Assembly: GCF_001194135.2 (NCBI RefSeq)
Contig: NC_068985.1
Location: 69,199,134 to 69,263,133, forward strand
From: Octopus bimaculoides
Lineage: Eukaryota
Length of the DNA stretch: 64,000 nt
Reading direction: 5' to 3'
Shown here: positions 51,401 to 64,000 of the stretch, piece after piece
How positions within the stretch are numbered: position 1 is the first letter of the stretch
Layout: each line of letters opens with the position of its first letter
The notes under the pieces: generated by a model
What the model was told of the DNA's origin: nothing
What the model saw: the letters and a program-made list of their open reading frames with translations, nothing else
The model's database searches: none
Translations under genes and position numbers: made by a program

Positions 51401-54375
51401 CCCATTACGTGTGATAGTGTTGGTAATCTTTTTGACGTAGGAAATATCTTGTAGTAGTGTTAGTTTACGTTGGGTTCATGCTATTTGTGATTTTGTTGAT
51501 GGTGGACTGGTTTAATTTTGTTGCGGTTTCCATTGTGTTGAACTGTGGTATTGTGGTGGTATCGGTGATACCGGTAAGAATTTTAAATAAGTTGTGGTGG
51601 TTGCGCTTGTGCTAGTAGAGTTTTTTGTTGCAATGGTTGATAGTAGTCTGCTCATAGTTTATGTGTTAATGGTTTTAAACACGTTGATGTTCATCATCGC
51701 CATTTGTATATGTACCTTCTTATGTTTCACAGATGCATAATTTTAAGCAAGTCTACAAAGCCGCCATCCTCCCATCTCTCGCGTTACACCTTTTCAGTCG
51801 TTAACTCCGCTCCATAACATAACAAATCCCATTATTTTGTTTATTGGCTTACTCTAAAATTGCTGTCATTTACTGGCAAGGTCAAAAGCCTGCCTTCCCT
51901 AATTATATACCACTTTTACTTAAATTTGCATTCTTGGAAACGTCACTTAATACCGTTGAGTAATTTCGAAGCCGAAATGTTAACTTTCCTGGATTCATTT
52001 CTTACAGAAATACTCATAACAAATTGGAAAATTCATATTTACAACATTATTGTCATGATACACGATCAGTAAAACTACAGTTACATAGTGTTTTCTCAAG
52101 AATTAAACCAAATGCTATTGGAATTTCTTAAAGCATTTACATTTGCTTCAAAAGTTGTTGTATAGAACTTCATTAATTTTATTTCATATTTGATTAATTA
52201 AACTCACGTTTGCTACTGTAGCTTTACTTCTTAAAAGTTTAATATAACAATAACTGTTGGATGTTATTATACAGTAATACACACAAAAATTATGCACAAA
52301 CTCAAACAAAATATTGTAATTTTGTTTCCAACATTCTAAGTACAAGCACCACTAGATTGCAATCCTAATACATTCAGACATATGAATACACAAATAAATA
52401 CAAAAGAGCATTCATAAATACAGACTCATACTGACACACATATATATACAAACACACACACACACACACACACAAACACACATATACATACCTGTACGCA
52501 CATATATACATAAATATGTGTCTGCACGTATGTGGGTATGTGTAGGAATGCATGCTCATGCATAGCTGTATATGGAAATATTTTTCGACATTAATTGTTA
52601 TATTTCAACTTTAATTTAAAATAATCAAATATATATTACAAAAAATACTATTATATATTTTCTCTAAGAGTAAATATCAGGTGTGTGATGCAAAGCTTTA
52701 TTTTTACTGTTCAATGCAATATTTATGTCACATCACAAATAAATCTGCTAATAGGTTTGTGTTTATATGAACTTAAGTGAAAGATATATGAATGCTAGTT
52801 TTCCAGTAATACATAGCATAAAGAGTTTGTCATGAAATTAATATCATCAATAATTTGTTTGAGATTTAAAATATAATTATCTCAACTAGTTGATGATTTC
52901 GTGTTCCCTTTTATTCTTTAATTCCTATTTTTCTGTTTTCATTTTTGTCATAGTTTTGCATTCAATTATTTAAAAAAAAATAATAATAATTCTAACGCGA
53001 ACAACCTTTGCTTTGTATAGTTGTCAACATATGACATCAAATACACCGAAATGCCACATTTCGAAGGCAATTTCTTGTTTTAAGTGAATTTTAATGATAC
53101 TGTCATCTTATTTACGAACCAGTAAGAGTTTAATGAAAGATGTTTATGAAAACATGAAAGAAATACTACACGGTGTACAAATAATCATTAAAGAAAAGAA
53201 ACCTAACAGAAACAGAAAGCAAAATTAATTTAGGATTTGGAATGTATATTCGTATACACATACACACACACTCACATATTTGTATGTGTGTATGTATGTA
53301 TGTATGTATGTATGTGTGTGTGTGTGTGTGTATGTATGTATTTATGTAATATGTGCGTACAGTATCTCACTGAGAGAAGATAATTTCCATTCCAATCTAT
53401 TTTACTGCGTCTCAAAATACTGTAAAATATAAAATATAAAATTATATTTTAGTGAAGCTATATGAAACAGTGTAACGAATGTATTGTTATAACATTTATT
53501 TTCTGGGGTATGTAAAATTATAACATGTTTTATGTTGTGTAGTAATGCGGTAAATATGGCAATAACAGTTATATTTTGAATGTAATGTGTCATATCAAGA
53601 AATTGCGGTGCATTGAAAGTAGTCGGGCTACAATGTTAGATACAGGTGATGTAATAGAGGAATGCATGTTTAGTATCTGGAAAGATAACAGCATATGTCA
53701 TGTGATATGCTGATAATATTGTGGTAATATTATGTTCAAAGCAATCATACTTATGGCGTAATAGAGCAACTCAACGATTTAGTAAAAATATGTATCGCTT
53801 TATGTCATACACTATTTCTGATAATATTCTAAATGCATTCAAATAATTGCATGGCATAAAATATTAGTCTAACAATAAAGAAATATATTCTATGGCATTA
53901 TTTGAGAACAATTTTGATTGAAATCAATGTGCAATATTTGTCACCGAAAGTCAGAAAATAAAATTCTTTCAGTTAAGAGTCAGCTATTAACAAACGTCCA
54001 GAAGCTATTACTTAACAAACTGCACAGAACCAAACACTGATGCACATCAACAAAAGTAGCATACATTCGTATATTGTGCATGTAACGCAGACTCACTATC
54101 AACTTTTACTCATTCAAGTAAAATCATACAATATCTCCCAAACAACAAGGGTCGCAAAACTATCACTACCTACTATACATACACATCTGATACTCCGCTA
54201 ACGTTAGCCAGACATCACCTATGGTATCATTACTGAATTGCAGTCTATTCCGTATTAGTTTCCAAAACTGTATATTATACTGATATACACCAAATTTGTA
54301 ACTAAATATTTGTAAACAAAAACAAGGCCGTAAATTGAGGGTTGTGTTGTTAGTCAAATGCATCGACTCTAGTAC

Positions 54376-54470
54376 TAAACTGGTACTTAATTTATCGACC
54401 CCGAAGGGATGAACGTTGGAATTTGATCTCGGAAAGCAAAGACGAACGAAATAGCAAGACATATTAACAA
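54376..54470 (-). mobile_element. internally deleted copy of the same SINE
   Basis: CTGGTACTTAATTTATCGACCCCGAAGGGATGAA...GGAATTTGA...AAAGACGAACGAAATA on the + strand is the reverse of the SINE core. Confidence 0.75.
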
Positions 54471-55049
54471 TTACTGGATCGATTTATACCCTACTAACTC
54501 ACATGAGGAAATGTAGTCATAATTTAAAACGTCTGAATTTATAAAGACTTAGACGCAACAGGGTTCAGAGCCCATTTGCTATTGTAACTCTTGGTATTCA
54601 GAAAACTTATGTAACCATTATTGAATCGCCTTTGCTTATAGATCGGCTCAATCTAACTTCAACTTAGGTTGAAGAACACAGAAATAATATAAAAATGAGT
54701 ACCATTGCTCCCACATTATAGATAGATAAGGCAAATCTCACACAATTCATGCTTCATTGTCTTTGACTGAAGTAGACATTAGGCTCTATGTAGCATGCAG
54801 GAACACAAAATAGTCAGATCTGTAATGACTTGCTAATATTTGGCACAAAACTATAACATATTCCCCATAGATAAGTTAAAAAAGAATATCAAAGTTTGAG
54901 CGACAGTCAGTTAATGGAGCGATCTGGATTCAATCGTCCATAGTTAAACAGACCTAAATGTTCTAAAGTGTATTATCCAGGTCTATATTATTGTAAGTGC
55001 ATATTTTTATAAAGCCAACCTGGTTTGCTTTCATGTAGATATTTTGCAT

Positions 55050-56580
55050 GTTGCTCATGAAGAAATGGAAATATCCTCGGCCTTCTCAAACAATCCAGGT
55101 TCCACATCAGCTGTTGCGAATGAACACCAGCAGAAATATCATGAAGAGAGAGGGAACGCCAGAAAACAGACGAGAAAAGTGATTAGTATTGAAATCAGTC
55201 GTTAGTACTGACTCGGTGAATTGGGCAGTTGCCAGAGGAAAGATAGCACATATCAGAATGTGTACTAGGAACCTGTTTTGTGCGATTTGTGCCTGTCTGG
55301 TGGCCTTTTCATGAGATCAATCGTGGAAGTCTTTAAATACAGCACCATCGCAAATATTAGAGGAATTATTTTTTTTATTGTGGGCCTCGCTTGAGACTCG
55401 TAGGCTGCCAGTAAATTTTGGTGGGCTTGTATGTGAATGCTTGTGACGTAGATTAATATTTAGTTTTGTGCAGTGCTGTGGTTCAGCCGCAGACGATTTT
55501 GATGGCACTTAGGTTCGAATTGAGTGGAGACATAAGGTCACTAGGTTGCTCATGCATAAGGAGTGCGTGGAAAGATAACGTTTCTCTGGTATCAATAAGT
55601 TTTGTCCATATATTTTGTACAAAATGAAAGCCTCTCGTAGTTCCACAGAATCATGCCTTCCACGTCACCTTCATGGGATCAGTGTAGGTTTGGTATGCTG
55701 AAAGATTGTTGCTGGGCATGGAATGATAAAGGATTGTATCATCTCAAAAAGACCCGATATTTGTTAACACAACTTCATGTAGGGTTTTGAAATGTAAAGG
55801 AAAATAATGGTGAAACAAAATGGAATCCATTAGGAGACCGGATTTTATGGTATGTGTGACACAAATAGTCCTGTCAAAAGTGAGCAAATGATACATATAT
55901 ATTTTTTGGCTCATTAGAGAACAGTACCTTTAAGATCTTTGCATTCTTGGACGACCGAAATATTTGCAAACATCTAGAGAAACAGGGAGGGAGATACAGA
56001 GTGGGAATATTGGTTCACCTAATTTTCTGTGAGGAAGCGCACTGGCTGATCTGTGAGAGAAAGTGTGTGTGAGTGTGGGAGAGATAGTGATTCCTAGTAT
56101 TAGAAAACGTCGCTGGACGTCGATTATTTCAGCCATCCTTATGATATTGGAAGTCAGTGCAAAGGAATTATATTTGACGGAAAGCGTGAACTTTTGGGAA
56201 TGGTACATATTTTATTGCACTCACAAAAATCGGTGAATGGCCTAATCGAGAATGAATGTTTAATCGTCGAGGAGAGGATGTCAGAGCAAAATGGTTAAGT
56301 TTATGTAAGGCTCTTGTAAATACTGTATTTTATCGTTTGATCGGATAACATGGCATTGCACATAGCATCTAGATTACCCCCAAGAAGAATTTTATTCCAA
56401 AGCTAGGGACCTCTGTGAAAGATACCCATGGAAGAGATGCCAGCGTTAAACTGGGCGATGCATTAAGTCTGTCATTAGAATACCAGAGCGGGATTTGAAA
56501 GCGTAAATACCCGGGAAAAATATTGCATGTTATTTTGCCTACAGTTGTATTTCGAAGGTCACGGCCATTGTCTGACATAT
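55050..56580 (-). mobile_element. highly degenerate CR1-like LINE RT remnant(s)
   Basis: EIIDVQRRFL...ALPHRKL (cf. IEKVQRRFT..LExRRL), YSNDRLNASP (cf. SNDLxWSPH), DGAVFKDFHD*SHEK (cf. YLDFxKAFDSVxH); matches are weak. Confidence 0.45.
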
Positions 56581-58337
56581 AATTTGCCGAAATTTAGGGG
56601 TGAAAGACAAAGTTGATGTGAGCTGGATTTGAACTAAAAATGGTAGAAACTGTTATATATACCACACAGACTTTACATTGATATTCAAATGATTCTGCTT
56701 ATTAACCGCCTATAAAGAACACCTAGCATGTGAAACTCTACGAGAATTTCTGCTTAGAGCGCTGATTTTTCACGAGTCATCAAAAAGCATTTTCATCAGT
56801 AGGTACTATGAAGTATGAAATGCGAAATGAATTTTATACTAAAGCTGAGATATTTATTAATTTTTTTACTTTGACTTAACATAACTATTATGGGATATTC
56901 TCTTACAAAAAATAATAATAACTTAATTATAACTAGTAACAAATGCCCAATGCTAACATTACTAGAAAAAGTAAAGAATTTGATTACGCTAGAGTTTTAT
57001 CTTCTCACCAGAGAAAGAACGACCATCTTCTGTCCAAGCAGTAATTATTAGTTTCAGTTATATATAGTGTATACAATTTCGATCCCAGATAAACTTACCT
57101 CTCCAATGTGTATATCAATGTAATTCTGGCAAAAAAAGGTAGTTAATTCCTTAATAGTGTACTATAAAAAACCATTTTCGGATATTCCAAAATTTAATGT
57201 CAGATATAACTATTTTATGAACTTAGAATATTACTCTTGTTGAGAAAGGTAACCGAAGTGGTTATAGTAAAACATTTTTATCTTTCGGTGCGCAGTAAAA
57301 ATGCGAGAAATCTGAGGAATTTGTACAAATAGTAGGTAAATCCCCTTTAAATTGTTCAATATTGTTTTCGAAACGTACAGGCCTGTTTGGAGAATGCAGT
57401 TCTAGATAAAGTATTGTTGTGAAACGAAATAGCCTCAGGATCTTCACTACTTACCTGCCTTTAATCACAGATAAGGAGAAATGGGATGAAATTGGATTTC
57501 AACAGAAAGAAAACTAAAAGAAAACAGAAAACAAGACTCTACACGATGATTATAGGGGTTCGCAAAGTACCTTAGATGTTTAATAGAGTGCTACAATGTC
57601 TGACATACTACAAAAATATAAGTCCATCGGCCATTATTATTACCAAAGGATATATTAAAAGCAGAATATTCAGAATTATTCACAGGAGAGCTGACAATCA
57701 CTGCAACATATAAAATATACTGCTGGGCACCGAGAAATTACCAATAAATATGTCATCTTTATTAATAATGAAGAATTAGTTGTATAGCGAATCTCATAGC
57801 GTTCAACTTATTAAAAAGATCAATCAAAGGAAGCAGGAAATATGAAAATATTAAACAAATATAGGACAGACAATTATCGGTGAACACAGCAAAAAACATC
57901 CTGCTAAAAAGAAACCATAGTATATAGAGTAAACAGCAAATAAAAATATGATGTTGAAATATGAAAGGTTCTTACACATTATTGCTGAGAAAATTACTTT
58001 TTTTCGTATTTAATATTATGGATGGGAATATATTTTTACAAACAACATTTGACAGATATGTACAAATTGTACAGAGAAACATAATATTGGACGACGAACC
58101 CATGTGCTGAAATTTTCAGTTTATTTTACTGATCTTTGATTCTTTATGATAGTCGTTTGTTAAACACATTCATTATTGACTTTATTATTTTTAAAAATGT
58201 GCTATGAATTTGAATATTTCAACTTAGATTACTTGACATAATTCCTGTCTGTTGTCTCCAACCATACATACATCCACACATGCATACATGCATACATACA
58301 TAAATACATACATACACACCTGCACAGTCTTACACAC

Positions 58338-58344
58338 GTACGCG

Positions 58345-58398
<54 letters not shown>
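58338..58398. repeat. (CA)n microsatellite
   Basis: Directly visible. Confidence 0.95.
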
Positions 58399-58401
<3 letters not shown>

Positions 58402-58934
58402 ATTAAGAGAAGGCAGTCACAATTTCGATAACTACTGTCTTGAGGTCTCCGTCCCCTTAAATCAACCGGCAGGAATTGTGGTTTGTCGCTTCCCTTGATA
58501 CATATCNNNNNNNNNNNNNNNNNNNNNNNNNNNNNNNNNNNNNNNNNNNNNNNNNNNNNNNNNNNNNNNNNNNNNNNNNNNNNNNNNNNNNNNNNNNNNN
58601 NNNNNNNNNNNNNNNNNNNNNNNNNNNNNNNNNNNNNNNNNNNNNNNNNNNNNNNNNNNNNNNNNNNNNNNNNNNNNNNNNNNNNNNNNNNNNNNNNNNN
58701 NNNNNNNNNNNNNNNNNNNNNNNNNNNNNNNNNNNNNNNNNNNNNNNNNNNNNNNNNNNNNNNNNNNNNNNNNNNNNNNNNNNNNNNNNNNNNNNNNNNN
58801 NNNNNNNNNNNNNNNNNNNNNNNNNNNNNNNNNNNNNNNNNNNNNNNNNNNNNNNNNNNNNNNNNNNNNNNNNNNNNNNNNNNNNNNNNNNNNNNNNNNN
58901 NNNNNNNNNNNNNNNNNNNNNNNNNNNNNNNNNN

Positions 58935-59290
58935 TTTTCGTTTTTTTTTCCTTCGTTTTATTTGCTTTTTTCTTTTTAAATTTGCTGTTTTACCCTAACC
59001 CTAACCTTAACCCTATCACCGATAGAATTGTTTCAGAATCGTTTGTTTATGTAGTCGGCACTTAATGTATATCGGCTTAATGAACGTCAGTGATTGGTTG
59101 AAATTACAGAAATACGACAACTTTAACATGGAATAACTTAGGGATTTCTTTATTTTTTAAGAAGACTAAGAGAAAAAGATGTTTTATATGACACATTCTA
59201 CCAGTGCTCCAAGTTCCAAAGTGTTTCGTTAATGAAAAATGTAGCCCCCGTTTTAAAAAAGATCCCAACACATATATAGGAGTTTGGAGG
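58935..59290. mobile_element. probable non-autonomous interspersed element carrying short (CCCTAA)-like repeats
   Basis: ACCCTAACCCTAACCTTAACCCTA at ~58993-59016 within a segment resembling a recalled mollusc repeat; class uncertain. Confidence 0.4.
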
Positions 59291-60699
59291 GTTGGTTAGA
59301 GAAGGCAAAATCAAAATGATCAATAAGAAAGTATTTTCTGGGTTGGTTGAATTGATGGCAGGTTAGAGGGGATCAGTCGTATATCAATTGCAATAAATTG
59401 TAGACTTTAGTAACCTAATGGTTGACGTGCATATTTGTGTTCAACTGTTCAATGGCTACTTAGCTATAGCATTCCCGAAATTGTTTGGAAAGGCTTTTAA
59501 ATGATTGGATACTTCAGTGCGTGTGTGTGAAAGAGATAAAGAGAGAAACGGACAGAAGACGAAGCAGAGAGAGAGAGAGAGAAAAATAAAGAAGAACGAG
59601 AGAGAGAACATGTGTGTGTGTGAGTGTCTGAGAGAGAATGTGTCTGAGAGAGAATGTGTCTGAGAGAGAATGTGTCTGTGTGTTGATTGTTTCAGACTTA
59701 ATTTTTTATCATAAATTATATCCAATGGCAATTTAGATGGTTAATCTAAAAAATCTTTTTGTTAGTAAGATAACCAGTTGCCTTTATAGATATGCTTGTT
59801 ATGCATTTAATTTCAGGGACATTTTTTATACAATATACTTACATTTCTTTCCAGTATTTTGGATGGACATTTCAACATTTTTAAAATAGAAAGATCTTCA
59901 ATGTGTTACTACCGCCTATTTCTAGATGTTTGCACTGTGGGATCTTATGAAATTCCAAAGAGTTTCCAGTCTCAATGATACAATTTTCTATACATTTGGG
60001 ACAGGTTATGTATTATATTAGATTCTGTGTTTTATAGTTCATAATTGTATTTACTAAGAAGGAGAATCCCAGTTAAATTTTATGAGAACCAGAATTCATT
60101 TATTTAATTCGTTATTTCATATTCTACATCTATTTTTGTCTGCGTTCTTTCACGGAGATTTCAAAGTTACTCCCTGACTTTCGCTCATTATCGCGTTTAA
60201 TATTTTATATTCATAATAATGCCCATAATGATTATTGCCCTATATTTATAATCTTCTTTCATGATAATTGAGTAGTAATTTCCCGTATTAATAAAGCTTT
60301 CATTTTTAGAAATATTCATTTATCTTAACAGAAAAGGATAAGTGTGTGCAGTGCTCATTATTGACAGAGACTACTGTAAACAAAATATATTAGAACAGCT
60401 AACAGACAGAAATTACTACTTAAAGCAGCCAAAACTACTCCTTAAAAGAAATAAAGGGATTTTAAGTACAATGAGGCTAGGCATCATATAACTGATAACA
60501 CATACGAGGTGAAGAAGAGGAAACATAAATCCGTTTATCAACACACACGATCAAAGTGTGACCAGCATATTTAATGTTATAAAAACAAATCTTACAATAA
60601 TGCTTGAACGCCTCTAAATGGGGAATCTAATAGAAGACAATTACACAAGAAACAGCAAAATCAGCAAAGAAATCTCAAAACCACCTCCTAAGGGTAGAA

Positions 60700-61110
60700 T
60701 TCATATCACGTGATAACTCTGAATTGTCTGCGAAAGATAATAGATGTGGAATATACGGTAACAATAACAATTTCAAATATTTGGATTCTAGATCTAATAT
60801 AAAATTTAAAAGGATACTCCTTCAGAATGGATGTTAATAAAACATAGATTTTAATATGTTGCTTAACTAACCCTAATTGCAAGGTAAATCATATCGGCGC
60901 GATTTGGAACTGCCTTTCTCAACTTCCAAAAATATGTAGACAACATATTAAGCAAATGTAATCACGTAATCTCCCACTCAGCAAACATCTAGAAACGTGT
61001 GCAAGCAACAAATTCCAGATCTCTCCCCTATATAGAGGCCACAAGGTTGATAAAAAGTAGAGAAAAGACATAGCAATATATTTTAGTTTTTAAAAAGTCA
61101 CTAAAACTAT
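60700..61110 (+). mobile_element. Penelope-like element GIY-YIG fragment (third lineage), degenerate
   Basis: From 60860: CLTNPNCKVNHIGAIWN...CRQHIKQM*SRNLPLSKHLETCASNKFQISPLY (cf. YCITCxxCxxxYIGQT...HRQQI...PLSxHLxxC...FxIFPFY). Confidence 0.65.
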
Positions 61111-61424
61111 GTAAATTTCCTCCGAACTTTTAAACAATCAATACAAAACACACCCATTGAGCTGAGACTGAATTGGAGATCAGTTGACGACTAGGACACA
61201 ATTTTCTGCAATTAATAAAATGTTTGACCATGTTCAACCCATCACCAATTCAACTATTCATCAAAAATGTTTCATCTTTCTCTACAATAGCTTCCCAAAA
61301 CCTCATATGACATATATACACGCATATATATTGAGAATGAAAAAAAGTACCCCTGAAGGCTACCGAAAATTCTTTTTGATATAAGAAGAAAACAAAGCGA
61401 ACTCTTGAACATGTTCAATTAACT

Positions 61425-61456
<32 letters not shown>

Positions 61457-61954
61457 TACACCCCCCCATANNNNNNNNNNNNNNNNNNNNNNNNNNNNNN
61501 NNNNNNNNNNNNNNNNNNNNNNNNNNNNNNNNNNNNNNNNNNNNNNNNNNNNNNNNNNNNNNNNNNNNNNNNNNNNNNNNNNNNNNNNNNNNNNNNNNNN
61601 NNNNNNNNNNNNNNNNNNATATATATATATATATATATAAGGAAGAAAACGTTTCAACAACCTATAATTCATGTCGAATTTTGAAGGGTGTGATTGCCCT
61701 CGGGCTTCCCACTAGCATGTGTAGACCATGCCTCAGATATAAAAAAAACAACAACATCTAAGTTATGTGAACCGACATTCGAATGATGCCTGCAGTGTAA
61801 TTATATCAATAAGGAGTATTATTTCCAAAAGGATAACAATGCTTTCGGATTATAAAGAAATATTTAATCAAATTGCTGAATATTTCAACGTAACCTTAGC
61901 TCGATTTGTTTATATTGGTAAAATTACCTAACTTACCGAATACTCTATTTGAGA

Positions 61955-62760
61955 CAACGTAATAACAGCTAGAAATGATGAAAAGCTAGTAGGGTTGTTA
62001 ACAACTGTTAAAGAGTTCAGCAATGACATCGGGATGGTTGTTGACTTTGATAAATGTGATAAAGATACTTTTGTAAAATGCTCAAACAAACATCTATTAA
62101 ATTTATACCGACACAACCATCAAGGACCTTGATCCACAAGAAAGCTGTAAATATTTGAGGATAAACGGAGGAGATGGTATGCAACATGTTACTATGAAGG
62201 GAAAAATGAGACAGCAGTATTACAGGAAAATGCGACTCATACTAAATACTGAACTGAACTCCAAAAAATGCCATAGAAGCCATTAACAAATATTTAGGAA
62301 AATAATGAACTAGATAAGATACAACACAAATGAAAGAGAAAATAAAGAAACGATACTATAGACGATTTAGATCAATACTTAAAATAGAGTTCAATGGTAA
62401 AAACAAGATAATAGGTATTAACACTTTAGCCGTCCCAGTTATAAGTTACAGCTACAATATCCTTAACTGGACACTAAACGAACTATCTAAAATAGACAGG
62501 AAAACAAGAAAAATAATGACAGGATCTAGGATGCACCACCCAAAATCTGACATAGAAAGGCTATATATACAACGTACAGAAGGTGGTAGGGGTCTTATAC
62601 AACTGGAATACTAAAATTAAATAACCACCATAGGACTGCAAGAATACCTACTTCAGAAGCAAGGAAAACTGATACAAATAGAAACAAAACACGAGCAAAA
62701 CAAAAAAACTGTTTTCAATATTTAAGGAAGCTAAAAAATACAAACAAGAAAACCATACTA
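61955..62760 (+). mobile_element. two abutting Dong/R4 LINE RT fragments
   Basis: LLTTVKEFSNDIGMVVDFDKCDK...DLDPQESCKYL..MKGKMRQQYYRKMRLILNTELNSK (to ~62295), then MKEKIKKRYYRRFRSILKIEFNGKNKIIGINTLAVPVISYSYNILNWT..HHPKSDIERLYIQRTEGGRGLIQLE. Confidence 0.92.
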
Positions 62761-62772
62761 CCTAATAAATAC

Positions 62773-62886
62773 GAAGAAGAAGACGAAGAAGAAGAAGAAG
62801 AAGAAGAAGAAGAAGAAGAAGAAGAAGAAGAAGAAGAAGAAGAAGAAGAAGAAGAAGAAGAAGAAGAAGAAGAAGAAGAAGAAGAG
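62773..62886. repeat. (GAA)n microsatellite
   Basis: Directly visible. Confidence 0.97.
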
Positions 62887-63059
62887 GGCAGCACCCAGTT
62901 TGACAGTTGCAAAAGGTTTGCCTCCCTGGCACGGACAGAATAATCATGAATGTATTAGATAGCTTAAAAGAACAAATAGCATTGTACCGTAGGCTGCATA
63001 TAGTAAGCCCACTACGTATTCAAGATTCCAAGAGCTCCAACAGAAAATGTGATAAATAG

Positions 63060-63385
63060 ATGGAGAATATCATAGCCATGTGTTGAGAGTAATTCTTTTG
63101 GAGTTTGGATAATTCACCTTTGCAAACATGGCTGTTTCGTTCAACATCCTTGAACAACCCTTATTCAGTGATCTTTTGAGTAGGATGAGCTATTCAACCT
63201 GAAGAAAATTCTAACTGGGCACCGCTGTTTATCACCATGTCTCGCACATATGGTTGTGATGCACGTGCCTGGTGTACCCTTATCAGACGGGTAGTCATGA
63301 TGGGGGTACTGCGCTTCGTATATTTTATCCATGTCACTTTGATGGCATGCTCTGCTCTCTCGCTCAATAATAATAATAATAATAA
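63060..63385 (+). mobile_element. copy of the ~500-bp (AAT)n-tailed repeat (5'-truncated, internal deletion)
   Basis: ...ACCTGAAGAAAATTCTAACTGGG...GTCACTTTGATGGCATG..CTCTCTCGCTC(AAT)n. Confidence 0.85.
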
Positions 63386-63836
63386 ATTGTTTCTTGGTAT
63401 AAAAGTTGGGCTACATCAAATATTCTGCTCAATATCACAGATTTGCTTGTCAGTTGTTTGAACATTACCAGTTGAGCATGTCACTTAGTGGCTGGAGATA
63501 TGTGCATATCCGATCAGGGGAAGAAGTAGTGAGGGGGGAGCATCATAGCCATTCGTTGAGTGGAATTCTTTGGGTTTTGGATAATTTACCTTTGGAAACA
63601 TGAGTGGGATGGGCTACTTGACCTGAAGAAAATTCTAACTAGGCCGCTACCTGCAATGTCATGCATTGTTGATCTTGATATGACATTACTATGCTGCGCA
63701 CATATGTTTGTGATGCATGTGCCTGGTGTACTTCTGTCAGATGTGCAGTCATGACAGTGTACTGGGTGTCGTATATTTTACCGCAGTGTCACTTTGATGG
63801 CATGTGCTGCTCTCTCACGCAATAATAATAATAATG

Positions 63837-63885
<49 letters not shown>
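63386..63885 (+). mobile_element. second copy, head-to-tail with the previous one, long (AAT)n tail
   Basis: Homologous to 37110-37612; tail at 63821-63885. Confidence 0.85.
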
Positions 63886-63886
<1 letters not shown>

Positions 63887-63924
63887 CCTTTGAACTATAG
63901 TCATAAGGCCTCGACGTTGAGCGG

Positions 63925-64000
63925 AAGGGTGGTCTATCACATCGATTCCAGTACTGAAGTGGTACTTAATTTATTGAATCAAAATGATGAAAACCAATTT
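63925..64000 (-). mobile_element. SINE fragment at window end
   Basis: CATCGATTCCAGTACTGAAGTGGTACTTAATTTATTGA is the reverse of the SINE core seen at 51201 and 54376. Confidence 0.6.

Noticed and set aside
57455-57513. 59-nt - strand segment with CAG|GTAAGT donor and a pyrimidine-rich acceptor
   Set aside because: Stops in all frames and no other support; splice-like motifs are common in AT-rich DNA.
61348-61372. CCTGAAGGCTACCGAAA downstream of the third PLE fragment
   Set aside because: Core incomplete (no CTGANGA) and no stem III or cleavage triplet; at best a relic.

Overview
AT-rich, microsatellite-dense animal DNA with seven N gaps. The SINE/LINE repertoire looks like Octopus (coleoid cephalopod); this is inferred from recalled repeat families, not a database hit. 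I find no convincing host protein-coding gene: most of the ORF track is microsatellite translation or chance. The interpretable content is degenerate mobile DNA: several Dong/R4-clade LINE pieces, a HERO-like LINE 3' fragment, two L1/Tx1 pieces, three Penelope-like (GIY-YIG) fragments, one full-length mariner with TIRs nested in a Dong LINE, a second mariner 3' half, and tRNA-derived SINEs. The most interesting items are (i) a nested fold-back cluster at 32.3-33.6 kb whose two arms each carry a decayed minimal hammerhead-ribozyme motif beside a Penelope endonuclease fragment, (ii) an unexplained ~465-bp diverged tandem triplication at 45.1-46.4 kb, and (iii) head-to-tail stacks and chimeras of (TAA)n-tailed Dong elements.
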